Shown: positions 18,494 to 28,227, counted from the stretch's first letter. The stretch: 64,000 nt of DNA from Polaribacter sp. (GCA_029238315.1 JAQWGI010000017.1:105698-169697), one strand, 5' to 3'. The notes: generated from the letters alone by a model not told the origin. Numbers and translations: made by a program.

Positions 18494-18537
18494 ATGACAA
18501 ATGTCATATTATAGATCAATAATGAACAGTAATTTTG
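18494..18537 (+). promoter_or_regulatory. FNR-like box plus -7 element of the ccoS-ccoNOQP operon
   Basis: Palindrome ATGACA-AA-TGTCAT at 18494-18507 and TAATTTTG at 18530-18537. Confidence 0.7.
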
Positions 18538-18556
18538 AAATTCAAATCAGGCAGAT

Positions 18557-18745
18557 ATGAGCGTAATATATTTACTTCTAGCACTAAGTATTTTAGTGGC
18601 AATCATTTTTTTTATAGCATTTATTTACTCGGTAAAAAGAGGTCAGTATGATGATTCGTATACACCATCGGTTAGAATGTTATTTGATGATGAGCTTGTG
18701 AATGATAAAAAGAACAACCTAAAAACAGATACTAACACAATTTAA
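18557..18745 (+). CDS. ccoS: cbb3 oxidase assembly protein CcoS
   Basis: Single TM followed by GQYDD. Confidence 0.93.
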   Translation: MSVIYLLLALSILVAIIFFIAFIYSVKRGQYDDSYTPSVRMLFDDELVNDKKNNLKTDTNTI

Positions 18746-18747
18746 TT

Positions 18748-20949
18748 ATGGAAATGCAACAATTTTATTACGATAACAAAATCGTAAAGAAGTTTATCTA
18801 CGCAACTTTACTATGGGGAATAGTAGGGTTTAGTATTGGGCTGATGCTAGCTTTTATGTTTATGTTCCCAAACTATACTGACGGTATTTCGTGGTTAAGT
18901 TTTGGGCGTTTAAGACCCTTACATACCAATGCAGTAATTTTTGCCTTTGTGGGAAATGCCATTTTTGCAGGAGTTTATTACTCAATGCAACGATTATTAA
19001 AAGCCAGAATGGCTAGTAATCTTTTAAGTAATTTTAATTTTTGGGGATGGCAATTAATTATTGTAGCGGCTGCAATTACATTGCCTTTAGGGTATACAAC
19101 CTCTAAAGAATATGCCGAATTAGAATGGCCAATCGATATTGCAATCGCATTAGTGTGGGTTGCTTTTGGTGCCAATATGATCTGGACTATTTTACAACGA
19201 AGACAAAGACATTTATATGTTGCTATTTGGTTTTATTTGGCAACATTTGTAACGGTTGCAGTATTACATATCTTCAATAGTTTGGCTTTGCCAGTTGGTT
19301 TTTTGAAAAGTTACTCTGTTTATGCAGGAGTTCAAGATGCATTGGTACAATGGTGGTATGGACACAACGCCGTAGCATTTTTCTTAACAACACCTTTTTT
19401 AGGATTGATGTATTATTTTGTTCCTAAAGCAGCAAATAGACCTGTATATTCTTATCGTTTATCTATTGTGCATTTTTGGTCGTTGATATTTATTTATATC
19501 TGGGCAGGTCCACATCATTTATTATATACTTCTTTGCCAGATTGGGCGCAGAACTTAGGAGTCGCATTTTCTGTAATGTTAATTGCTCCGTCTTGGGGTG
19601 GAATGATTAATGGTTTATTAACGCTTCGTGGGGCTTGGGATAAGGTTAGAACAGATCCTGTTTTAAAATTCATGGTCGTTGCAATTACAGGCTATGGTAT
19701 GGCCACTTTTGAAGGTCCTATGTTGTCGCTTAAAAATGTAAACGCAATTGCGCACTTTTCTGATTGGATTATTGCTCACGTACATGTTGGTGCTTTGGCT
19801 TGGAATGGTTTTTTAGCCTTTGGTATGATTTATTGGTTAGTACCTAGAATGTTTAAAACAACATTATTCTCTAAAGGATTAGCAAATGCACATTTTTGGA
19901 TAGGAACTTTAGGAATTGTTTTATACGCACTCCCAATGTATGTTGCAGGTTTTGTTCAAGCTTCTATGTGGAAACAATTTAACCCAGACGGTACATTAAC
20001 TTATGGTAATTTTTTAGAAACCGTAAGTGAAATCATTCCAATGTATTGGATGCGTGCAATAGGAGGTTCTATGTATATTATTGGTGCCTTAATTATGCTC
20101 TACAATATTATTAGAACTGTAAAGTCTGGAAGTGAAGTTACAGACGAATTGGCTGAAGCACCAGCTTTAGAAAAAGTTTCTAAACACAGAGTAAAAGGAG
20201 AAACCTACCATACTTGGTTAGAAAGAAAACCTGTTCGATTAACCATTTATGCAACTATAGCTATTTTAATTGGTGGAGTAGTACAGATCATTCCAACCTT
20301 ATTAGTGAAGTCTAATATTCCTACAATTACTAGTGTAAAACCTTATACCCCTTTAGAGTTAGAAGGAAGAGATATTTACATTAGAGAAGGTTGTGTAGGT
20401 TGTCATTCTCAAATGGTTAGGCCGTTTAGAAGTGAAGTAGAGCGTTATGGGGAATATTCTAAAGCAGGAGAGTTTGTATATGATCATCCATTTTTATGGG
20501 GATCAAAAAGAACAGGGCCTGATTTGCACAGAGAAGGTGGTAAATATTCCGATAGTTGGCACTTAAATCATATGTACGACCCACAAAGTACCTCTCCAGG
20601 CTCAATCATGCCAGGTTATAAATGGCTCATTAAAAACGAGTTAGATAAGTCTGACACAGAGCTTAAGATGAAAACGATGGTAAAGCTTGGGGTGCCTTAT
20701 ACAGAAGAAGAAATTGCAAATGCGCAACAACACATGTTAGATCAAGGAGAAAAAATAGAAAATAACTTATATGCAGATCCAGATTTTGTTAAAAATTACG
20801 AAGCAGATAAGAAATATGCACAAGATAATAACGAGCCATTTATAGAAATGAGAAACAGAGAAATTGTTGCTGTAATTGCTTATTTACAAAGACTTGGTAC
20901 AGATATTAAAGTAAAAGATGTACAAGCCTTATTAATTAATAAAAAATAA
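18748..20949 (+). CDS. ccoN: cbb3-type cytochrome c oxidase, fused subunits I+II (CcoN-CcoO)
   Basis: GRLRPLHTN, WWYGHN, GPHH, HVH in the CcoN part. EGCVGCHSQMVRP and GSKRTGPDL in the CcoO part. One continuous frame. Confidence 0.96.
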   Translation: MEMQQFYYDNKIVKKFIYATLLWGIVGFSIGLMLAFMFMFPNYTDGISWLSFGRLRPLHTNAVIFAFVGNAIFAGVYYSMQRLLKARMASNLLSNFNFWGWQLIIVAAAITLPLGYTTSKEYAELEWPIDIAIALVWVAFGANMIWTILQRRQRHLYVAIWFYLATFVTVAVLHIFNSLALPVGFLKSYSVYAGVQDALVQWWYGHNAVAFFLTTPFLGLMYYFVPKAANRPVYSYRLSIVHFWSLIFIYIWAGPHHLLYTSLPDWAQNLGVAFSVMLIAPSWGGMINGLLTLRGAWDKVRTDPVLKFMVVAITGYGMATFEGPMLSLKNVNAIAHFSDWIIAHVHVGALAWNGFLAFGMIYWLVPRMFKTTLFSKGLANAHFWIGTLGIVLYALPMYVAGFVQASMWKQFNPDGTLTYGNFLETVSEIIPMYWMRAIGGSMYIIGALIMLYNIIRTVKSGSEVTDELAEAPALEKVSKHRVKGETYHTWLERKPVRLTIYATIAILIGGVVQIIPTLLVKSNIPTITSVKPYTPLELEGRDIYIREGCVGCHSQMVRPFRSEVERYGEYSKAGEFVYDHPFLWGSKRTGPDLHREGGKYSDSWHLNHMYDPQSTSPGSIMPGYKWLIKNELDKSDTELKMKTMVKLGVPYTEEEIANAQQHMLDQGEKIENNLYADPDFVKNYEADKKYAQDNNEPFIEMRNREIVAVIAYLQRLGTDIKVKDVQALLINKK

Positions 20950-20955
20950 GAAATC

Positions 20956-21123
20956 ATGTTAAAATTTGTAAAAAATCATATGGAAAGTATTACGGGAATT
21001 GAGATTTATCCTATGATTTCATTATTAGTATTCTTTGCTTTTTTTGTAGTGCTTTTTTGGTGGGTTTTTACATCTAAAAAAGCGTACATCAAAACAGTTA
21101 GTCAAATTCCATTAGATAATTAA
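20956..21123 (+). CDS. ccoQ: cbb3 oxidase subunit CcoQ (not in the ORF track)
   Basis: 55-aa single-TM ORF MLKFVKNHMESITGIEIYPMISLLVFFAFFVVLFWWVFTSKKAYIKTVSQIPLDN between ccoNO and ccoP. Confidence 0.88.
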   Translation: MLKFVKNHMESITGIEIYPMISLLVFFAFFVVLFWWVFTSKKAYIKTVSQIPLDN

Positions 21124-21137
21124 AAACAGCTATTAAA

Positions 21138-22004
21138 ATGAAAAAATATATCATAGCAATCGTATCTGTCTCATTCATTTTTTTTATGCCATATTTGGCT
21201 ACCGAAATTTCTGAAAGCTATAATGAGCCATATAATTTTCTAGAAAACCCATTGCCTTGGTTGGTAATTACTACATTTTTACTTGTACTCTTAATGCTTG
21301 CTTGGTTGTTAATTGTAGTGTTAAAAAAAGTGCAACTTTTAGAGGATGAAAAGAATGGTGTTACAGAAAAAACACCTCATAATAATTTTGGTGTTTGGGT
21401 CAATCAAATATTACAGAAATGGACAAAATCTAAAGACATAGATGAAGAGGAAGAAATTATTCTAGATCATAATTATGACGGGATCAAAGAGTTAGATAAT
21501 TCTTTGCCACCTTGGTGGGTTTATATGTTTTATGCAACTATTATTTTTGCTGTTGTTTATTTAGTTCGTTTTCATGTTTTTGATGGAGAAAACCAGATAC
21601 ATGAATACAATACAGCAGTTGCAGAAGCAAAAGCAAACCTAGAAAAATACAAAGAAACAGCCACGGATTTAGTAGATGTATCTACCGTTACTTTATTAAC
21701 GGATGAAAAAGATTTAAAAAGAGGAAAAGCCATTTACAATTTAAATTGTGCAGCCTGTCATCTTCCAGATGGTGGTGGATCCATTGGGCCTAATCTTACA
21801 GATGAAAACTGGATTTTAGGAGGTGGAATCAAAAATATTTTTACAACCGTTTCTAATGGTGGTAGAGATGGCAAAGGAATGGTCGCTTGGGATAAAATTT
21901 TAAAACCCATAGATATTGCAAAAGTTTCTAGTTATATAGTTTCTCTTCAAGGAACAACACCAGCAAATCCTAAAAAACCAGAAGGAGATATCTGGAAAGA
22001 GTAA
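21138..22004 (+). CDS. ccoP: cbb3 oxidase subunit III CcoP
   Basis: HNYDGIKELDNSLPPWW, one CAACH haem motif, GPNLTD. Confidence 0.93.
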   Translation: MKKYIIAIVSVSFIFFMPYLATEISESYNEPYNFLENPLPWLVITTFLLVLLMLAWLLIVVLKKVQLLEDEKNGVTEKTPHNNFGVWVNQILQKWTKSKDIDEEEEIILDHNYDGIKELDNSLPPWWVYMFYATIIFAVVYLVRFHVFDGENQIHEYNTAVAEAKANLEKYKETATDLVDVSTVTLLTDEKDLKRGKAIYNLNCAACHLPDGGGSIGPNLTDENWILGGGIKNIFTTVSNGGRDGKGMVAWDKILKPIDIAKVSSYIVSLQGTTPANPKKPEGDIWKE

Positions 22005-22033
22005 GTTAAAGTAAAGGTTAATAAAATAATATA

Positions 22034-23455
22034 ATGGAAACACCTAAAAACGAAAAATTTAGAGATAGTATTGGGACCATTAATAGAGAAGGGAAACGTT
22101 CTTGGGTTTTTCCAAAAAAACCTAGTGGTAAGTTCTATACATATAGAAGTTATGTAAGTTACTTTTTGTTACTGTTCTTATTAGCTTCTCCCTTTGTTAA
22201 AATAAACGGAAATCAGTTTTTACTGTTTAATGTTTTAGAGCGTAAATTTAATATTTTCGGATTTCCTTTTTGGCCTCAAGATTTTCATTTGTTGGTGATC
22301 TCCATGATAATTGGAGTGGTCTTTGTTATTTTGTTTACTGTTGTTTTTGGTAGAATTTTTTGTGGATGGATATGTCCTCAAACCATTTTTTTAGAAATGG
22401 TGTTTCGTAAAATTGAATATTGGATAGACGGAGATAGAGGAAAACAAATTCGTTTACAAAAGCAACCATGGAATGCCGAAAAAATTAAAAAAAGAGTTTT
22501 AAAATGGAGTGTTTTTTTTATCATTTCTTTCTTAATAGCCAATGTGTTTTTAGCCTATTTGATTGGAGGGGATACTGTTATTGAATATATTACTGGCTCA
22601 CCTTTTGAGAATATAAACACGTTAATTTCTTTGTTAATTTTTACAGGTGTTTTCTATTTTATCTTTGCCTGGTTTAGAGAGCAGGTTTGCATAATCGCCT
22701 GTCCTTATGGTAGATTACAAGGTGTATTGCTAGACAATAAAACAATTAATGTTGCTTACGATTTTGTAAGAGGGGAAAAAGAAACTGGAAGAGCCAAGTT
22801 TAAGAAAAACGAAGATAGAGTTGCTTCTGGAAAAGGAGATTGTATTGATTGTAAGCAATGTGTACATGTTTGTCCAACAGGAATTGATATTAGAAACGGT
22901 ACGCAACTAGAGTGTGTTAATTGTACAGCTTGTATTGATGAATGTGATCATATGATGGAGAAAGTTGGGTTGCCGAAAGGATTGATTCGATATGCAAGTG
23001 AAGATAACATTGAGAAAAAATCACCTTTTAAATTTACTGCTAGGATCAAAGGGTATTCTGCGGTGTTATTTATTTTAGTAGGTATATTAATAGGAATGTT
23101 GTTTTTAAGAAACGATGTTGAAGCCACAATTTTAAGATTGCCCGGAGAACTATATCAACATAAAGAAGAAGGTATTATTAGCAATGTTTATACTTTTAAA
23201 GTGATTAATAAAACTACGAAAGAAATAACAAACGTAAATTATAAATTATTATCTCATAAAGGAAAAATTGAATTGGTTACACACAAAGACTTTGTTGTTC
23301 CTAAGCAAGGATTGGCTGAAGGAACCTTATTTATAGAAATTCATAGTTCTTTATTAGATAAAGATAAAATAGCACTTAAAGTGGGTGTTTATAGCGGAGA
23401 TAAATTAATTGAGACTGCAGAAACAAACTTTTTAGGACCTAGAAATTATCGCTAA
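22034..23455 (+). CDS. ccoG: Cytochrome oxidase accessory protein CcoG (Fe-S/Cu reductase family)
   Basis: CGWICPQT, CPYGRLQ, CIDCKQCVHVCP, CVNCTACIDEC. Confidence 0.94.
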   Translation: METPKNEKFRDSIGTINREGKRSWVFPKKPSGKFYTYRSYVSYFLLLFLLASPFVKINGNQFLLFNVLERKFNIFGFPFWPQDFHLLVISMIIGVVFVILFTVVFGRIFCGWICPQTIFLEMVFRKIEYWIDGDRGKQIRLQKQPWNAEKIKKRVLKWSVFFIISFLIANVFLAYLIGGDTVIEYITGSPFENINTLISLLIFTGVFYFIFAWFREQVCIIACPYGRLQGVLLDNKTINVAYDFVRGEKETGRAKFKKNEDRVASGKGDCIDCKQCVHVCPTGIDIRNGTQLECVNCTACIDECDHMMEKVGLPKGLIRYASEDNIEKKSPFKFTARIKGYSAVLFILVGILIGMLFLRNDVEATILRLPGELYQHKEEGIISNVYTFKVINKTTKEITNVNYKLLSHKGKIELVTHKDFVVPKQGLAEGTLFIEIHSSLLDKDKIALKVGVYSGDKLIETAETNFLGPRNYR

Positions 23456-23468
23456 AAAAATAAAAAAA

Positions 23469-23924
23469 ATGAAAATTAAGTTTAATTGGGGATTTGGTGT
23501 TTTGCTTGCCTTTATAGGTTTTATAAGCTTTATTTTATATTTCGTAATTTCTATGAGTGCAAATAATAAATACAGTCATGATTTGGTTGCAAATGATTAT
23601 TACAAGCAGGAGTTAAATTTTCAGAAAAAAATTGAGGCAACAGAAAATGCTAATAAATTAAAAAATAACATTACACTACAACGTGTTAAAGAAGGATTGA
23701 AAATTATTTTCCCAAAAGAATTTAACACCAAAAAAATCAAAGGAAAAGTGTTCCTATACAGACCATCTAATAAACAATTGGATTTTGAAACACAACTAGT
23801 AGTTTCAGATTCATCTTATTTGCTCATGCCTGACAAACGGTTATTGGATGGTCGTTGGAACATCATTGTTGATTGGAATTACAATCAACAGAATTACTTA
23901 TTTAAAAAAGAACTGTTTTATTAA
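23469..23924 (+). CDS. ccoH: FixH/CcoH family protein
   Basis: N-terminal TM, DYYKQELNFQ, LYRPS, and position in the cco cluster. Confidence 0.85.
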   Translation: MKIKFNWGFGVLLAFIGFISFILYFVISMSANNKYSHDLVANDYYKQELNFQKKIEATENANKLKNNITLQRVKEGLKIIFPKEFNTKKIKGKVFLYRPSNKQLDFETQLVVSDSSYLLMPDKRLLDGRWNIIVDWNYNQQNYLFKKELFY

Positions 23925-24626
23925 ATGCTCTTTTCTGCTATAATATTTGGACTTTTAGGAAGTTTTCATTGCATTGGAATGTGTGGGCCAATTGCTTTTA
24001 TGTTGCCTGTTGATAGAAAAAATAATAGCAAAAGAATTTTACAAATTACGGTATATCATTTAGGAAGGTTATTTACCTACGGATTTTTAGGTTTTTTGTT
24101 TGGTCTGTTAGGTAAAGGTTTTTATTTCTTTGGTTTTCAGCAATATTTATCAATTATTATAGGTGTTATAATGATTTTAAGTGTGGTGTTACCAAAAAAA
24201 ATAGTTCATAATTTTAGTATTGCTAAAACTATATATACACTACTCTCTGGGGTAAAGAATAAATTGGGAAAAGAGCTGAAAAAGAAAAGAACTGATACAT
24301 TTTTTACGATTGGTTTTTTAAACGGTTTTTTGCCCTGTGGATTGGTTTATATGGCAGTTTTTGCCTCCATAGCAACAGGAAGTGTTATAGAAGGAAGCAT
24401 GTATATGCTACTTTTTGGCTTAGGAACAATTCCTCTAATGACTGCCTTTGTTTATCTTGGAAACTATACAACTGGTTTGGCTCGAAAAAGAATTCAACAA
24501 TTTATTCCTGTAGCAGTTATTATAGTTGCAGTACTCTTTATTTTGCGCGGAATGGGATTAGGAATTCCGTATGTTTCTCCAATACATATTCACGAAATGG
24601 TAGACGGCGGTCAAGTGTGTCATTAA
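23925..24626 (+). CDS. DsbD_2/TauE-SafE-like membrane protein of cco clusters
   Basis: GSFHCIGMCG and GFLPCGLVY motifs, about six TMs. Confidence 0.85.
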   Translation: MLFSAIIFGLLGSFHCIGMCGPIAFMLPVDRKNNSKRILQITVYHLGRLFTYGFLGFLFGLLGKGFYFFGFQQYLSIIIGVIMILSVVLPKKIVHNFSIAKTIYTLLSGVKNKLGKELKKKRTDTFFTIGFLNGFLPCGLVYMAVFASIATGSVIEGSMYMLLFGLGTIPLMTAFVYLGNYTTGLARKRIQQFIPVAVIIVAVLFILRGMGLGIPYVSPIHIHEMVDGGQVCH

Positions 24627-24647
24627 AAGGGTAGCAAAGGTTGAAAC

Positions 24648-24711
24648 TTACAAAGTATTAAGGTGAAAAGTTTGTGAAAATAATAGAATTTGAGACCTTA
24701 AAGTTTTGTAA
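24648..24711. terminator. Imperfect inverted repeat between convergent genes
   Basis: TTACAAAgtaTTAAGGT at 24648-24664 pairs with ACCTTAAagtTTTGTAA at 24695-24711. Confidence 0.4.
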
Positions 24712-24714
24712 CTA

Positions 24715-25635
24715 CTATTTCTTTCTTCCCCAATAAGTAGCCAAAGCCATTCCAGAAAAGACATCCCAAATACCCCAAAAAGCCGCTAACAATGCCATAC
24801 CTCCTAGACCTTCAAAAAAACCAAATATTAATAGTAAGCCTAAGCCACCATTCTGAATTCCCGTTTCCATAGCTATTGTTTTTTTATCTTTTTTACTCAA
24901 GCCAAAAATACTTGCAGTAAAATAGCCAATGATAAATGCAAAAATATTATGAAAGATAACTAAGAATAAAACTAGGTGAATGTAATTTGTGAAAACGTCT
25001 AAATTTTGTGAGAAAGCAATAAAAATTAAAGCAATAAAAACCAACATAGAAATAGGTTTTAATACTTTTTCTATTTGTATTGCCATTTTAGAGTTGTAGT
25101 GCTTTACAAGCATTCCTGCAATTAAAGGAATTCCAAGAATTAAAGAAACAAGTTTAAATAGTTCGTAAGGATTTAGGCTAACGGTTTCTAAGATTGTAGC
25201 TGTTGGCCCATATAAACTTCCCCAGAACTGTAAGTTAAAAGGGGTCATAAAAATACAGATTAATGTTGCAAATGCAGTTAAACTTACTGATAAGGCAGCG
25301 TTTCCTCCAGCCATTTTACTAAAAAAATTAGAAACATTTCCACCAGGACAGGCGGCTATCATCATCATCCCTAAAGCGAAACTTGGATGCGGTTTTATAA
25401 TTAAAATTGCTAAAAAAGTAGCAGCAGGTAACAAAATAAACTGTGATAAAACGCCAACAAAAACAATTTTAGGGTTTTTAAATAAGCGTTTAAAATCATC
25501 AATTTGAATACCAAGTGCAACACCAAACATAATAATTCCGATAGCAATGTTTAGCACCCATAATCCGCTAGAATCAAAGTTAATTTTAATGGCGTCTATA
25601 TCTATAATTTGATCAGTTTTTAAAAGCATATTCAA
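24715..25635 (-). CDS. Bile acid:Na+ symporter (BASS/SBF) family transporter
   Basis: MFGVAL, SQFILLP, ACPGGNVSN, ETGIQNGG. Confidence 0.92.
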   Translation of the reverse strand: MNMLLKTDQIIDIDAIKINFDSSGLWVLNIAIGIIMFGVALGIQIDDFKRLFKNPKIVFVGVLSQFILLPAATFLAILIIKPHPSFALGMMMIAACPGGNVSNFFSKMAGGNAALSVSLTAFATLICIFMTPFNLQFWGSLYGPTATILETVSLNPYELFKLVSLILGIPLIAGMLVKHYNSKMAIQIEKVLKPISMLVFIALIFIAFSQNLDVFTNYIHLVLFLVIFHNIFAFIIGYFTASIFGLSKKDKKTIAMETGIQNGGLGLLLIFGFFEGLGGMALLAAFWGIWDVFSGMALATYWGRKK

Positions 25636-26254
25636 TAATATTTGCGCCCATTTTTAGGGCTTTTTCTCTTGTTTCTTTCGAGTTATTATGTACAATCGCA
25701 TCTTCCCAGCCATCACTTAAATCTGTTTCGTAATCGTAGAAGCAAACGAGTCTTCCTTCATAAAATAAGCCAAATCCTTGTGGAGCTTTTTTATCGTGTT
25801 GATGAATTTTTGGAATTCCGTTTTTAAATGTAAATGTTTGCTTGTAGATAGGATGATTTTTAGGAATTTCTTGAAATTGTAATTCAGGAAAAACTTTTTT
25901 CAGCTCTCTTCTTATAAATTTATCCAAACCATAATTATCAGAAATATGTAAAAATCCGCCAGAAATTAAATAATTGCGAAGGTTTTTTGATTCATCGTCA
26001 GAAAAATATACATTTCCGTGGCCTGTCATAAAAACAATTGGGTATTTAAAAATATCAATGTTTCCAATGGCTACAAAAGTTGGATTTTTTTTGATGTTTG
26101 TATTGCTATTTGTATTCGTGTATTTAATTAAATTAGGTAAAGCTGTTGGATTTGAATACCAATCTCCACCGCCGTTGTATTTTAAAACTGCTAACTCTTG
26201 GGAAGAGGCACTTATTGAAAAACTAATAAGAAAAATGAATAAAAATTGTTTCAT
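25613..26254 (-). CDS. Secreted DUF4159-like protein
   Basis: Signal peptide, GGGDWY, MTGHG, GGFLHISDNYG, DLSDGWE. The family name is from recall. Confidence 0.8.
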   Translation of the reverse strand: MKQFLFIFLISFSISASSQELAVLKYNGGGDWYSNPTALPNLIKYTNTNSNTNIKKNPTFVAIGNIDIFKYPIVFMTGHGNVYFSDDESKNLRNYLISGGFLHISDNYGLDKFIRRELKKVFPELQFQEIPKNHPIYKQTFTFKNGIPKIHQHDKKAPQGFGLFYEGRLVCFYDYETDLSDGWEDAIVHNNSKETREKALKMGANIIEYAFKN

Positions 26255-26294
26255 TAATTGGATTGGGTTTATGGCAAGATAATGAATTACTACT

Positions 26295-27008
26295 TTAATT
26301 TATTTCGTTAATCAACGCAACAGTCTGTATAGCAAGAAGGCCAGCTGTTTCTGTGCGTAACCTACTTTTCCCTAAAGTTACAGGAATAAATTTTTGTGCA
26401 ATTGCATTCTTAATTTCATTTGGATTGAAATCACCTTCTGGGCCAATCAAAATGGTAATATTTCTAGTTGGTTTTATTTCTTTAGAAAAAGATTTTTTGT
26501 CTTGTTCTTCGCAATGCGCAATAAACAAGTCGCCTTCAAAATCTTGTTTCATAAAATCAGAAAATTTAACGGATTCATTTAATTTTGGTACTACAAACTT
26601 CAATGATTGTTTCATGGCAGATTGTACAATTTTTTCTAATCGATCTTTTTTTAAAACAGTTCTTTCTGAGTTTGCACAAATGATTGGTGTAATTTCATCA
26701 ATGCCAATCTCTGTTGCTTTTTCTAGAAACCATTCTAAACGGTCGTTGCTTTTTGTTGGCGCAATGGCAACATGTAATTTATAATTCCAAGGTTTTTGAA
26801 TGACTTCTGAGCGTATAATTTCTACCAAGCACTTTTTGTCGTTTGCCAGTAAAATTTTTACGGTAAATAACTCATTTTTACCATTTGTAATTTGTAAAAT
26901 ATCTCCATTTTTTTTTCGTAACACTTTTACAATATGTCTACTTTCGGTTTTATCAAAAGTAAACTGAGAATCTTTGCTAGTTAGGTCTTTATTATAAAAT
27001 AATTGCAT
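26295..27008 (-). CDS. rsmE: 16S rRNA m3U1498 methyltransferase
   Basis: HIVKVLR, EKATEIG, IGPEGDF, LRTETA. Confidence 0.95.
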   Translation of the reverse strand: MQLFYNKDLTSKDSQFTFDKTESRHIVKVLRKKNGDILQITNGKNELFTVKILLANDKKCLVEIIRSEVIQKPWNYKLHVAIAPTKSNDRLEWFLEKATEIGIDEITPIICANSERTVLKKDRLEKIVQSAMKQSLKFVVPKLNESVKFSDFMKQDFEGDLFIAHCEEQDKKSFSKEIKPTRNITILIGPEGDFNPNEIKNAIAQKFIPVTLGKSRLRTETAGLLAIQTVALINEIN

Positions 27009-27105
27009 TTTTTTTTGGTTTCAAAGTTTCAAAAATTCAAAGTTTAGAATCGCAAAGGTGCACAGTTTTGTTGTGATATTATTTTTAAAAAAATAGGTTC
27101 ACTGA

Positions 27106-28227
27106 TCACTGAATATTTTTTCTATAAGTTCTTCGCCTTTTGTGTGTAATTGGATTAAAATTCTTCCAAATTTTATTGATTGCTTCGTTTTCTTCTAGTT
27201 CTGGTGTTCTAATACAATTTACAATTCCTTTTTCGCTAAAAGTTTTTGTAAATTGATCAAATAATATTGCGGTTACTCCTTTGTTTTGGTAGGAAGGGTC
27301 GACTCCAATTAAATAAAATGTAACATCTTTTGCATTTTTTCTAGCATCTAATAAATGAAAAATACCAAACGGAAACAATTTACCTCCTCCTTTTTGTAAT
27401 GCTTCAGAAAAAGAGGGCATTACAATCGCAAACGCTACAAGCTTCTTGTTTTTGTCTACTACAAATTTAATATACTCTGGATTGATAAAACTAATGTATT
27501 TCTTTTTAAAAAACGTTATTTGAGCATCCGAAATTGGCACATACGTAGAGAGCTTAGAGTAAGTCTTGCTAAAAACAGTAAACATTTCATCTACAAAAGG
27601 CATAATTTCTTTTGTTTTTGTGAAATCTAAAGCTTTTAATTCAAATCTCTTTTTGATAATGTTACTAACTCTATTGTAGTATACAGCATCAACACTTTTA
27701 AATTTAAATTTATTTTCTAGATATTCTTTTTCTTTTTTATACCCTAGTTTTTCTAAGTGTATTTTGTAATACGGATGATTGTACCAAGTAATCATCGTTC
27801 CAATATGATCAAAACCTTCAATTAAAACGCCTGTTTTATCTAAATTATTAAAACCAATTGGTCCTTCAATATATTCTAGTTTATGCTTGTTGCCAATTTC
27901 ATTTACTGTTGCTAATAGAGCTTTTGTTACTTCAAGATCATCAATCATGTCTAACCAGCCAAAACGCATTTTTTTTACACCTTGCTTTTCAACTTCGTAG
28001 TTGTTGATAATTGCACAGACACGACCAACGATTTTACTTTCTTTGTAAGCCAAAAAGAATTGAGCATGAGCTTGTTTAAAAACGGGGTTTGTATTTTTAT
28101 TAAAGCTTTCTATCTCGTCTTTAATAATTGGAGGTACCCAATATGGGTTGTTTTTGTATAATGAAAAAGGAAAAGTAACAAATTGTTTTAACTCCTTTTT
28201 TGTAGAAATCTCTTTTATTTTTATCAT
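27106..28227 (-). CDS. Tandem GNAT-fold protein (YghO-like)
   Basis: IVGRVCAI, GPIGFNNLD, YNHPYY, and C-terminal acetyl-CoA motif GVDPSYQNKGV. Confidence 0.7.
   Translation of the reverse strand: MIKIKEISTKKELKQFVTFPFSLYKNNPYWVPPIIKDEIESFNKNTNPVFKQAHAQFFLAYKESKIVGRVCAIINNYEVEKQGVKKMRFGWLDMIDDLEVTKALLATVNEIGNKHKLEYIEGPIGFNNLDKTGVLIEGFDHIGTMITWYNHPYYKIHLEKLGYKKEKEYLENKFKFKSVDAVYYNRVSNIIKKRFELKALDFTKTKEIMPFVDEMFTVFSKTYSKLSTYVPISDAQITFFKKKYISFINPEYIKFVVDKNKKLVAFAIVMPSFSEALQKGGGKLFPFGIFHLLDARKNAKDVTFYLIGVDPSYQNKGVTAILFDQFTKTFSEKGIVNCIRTPELEENEAINKIWKNFNPITHKRRRTYRKNIQ

Noticed and set aside
18748-20949. CcoN-CcoO fusion as a novelty or lost stop codon
   Set aside because: Fused CcoNO is the usual form in Bacteroidota, and the linker is clean.
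27017-27047. Short TTCAAAGTTT repeats upstream of rsmE
   Set aside because: Two copies in very AT-rich DNA cannot be distinguished from chance.
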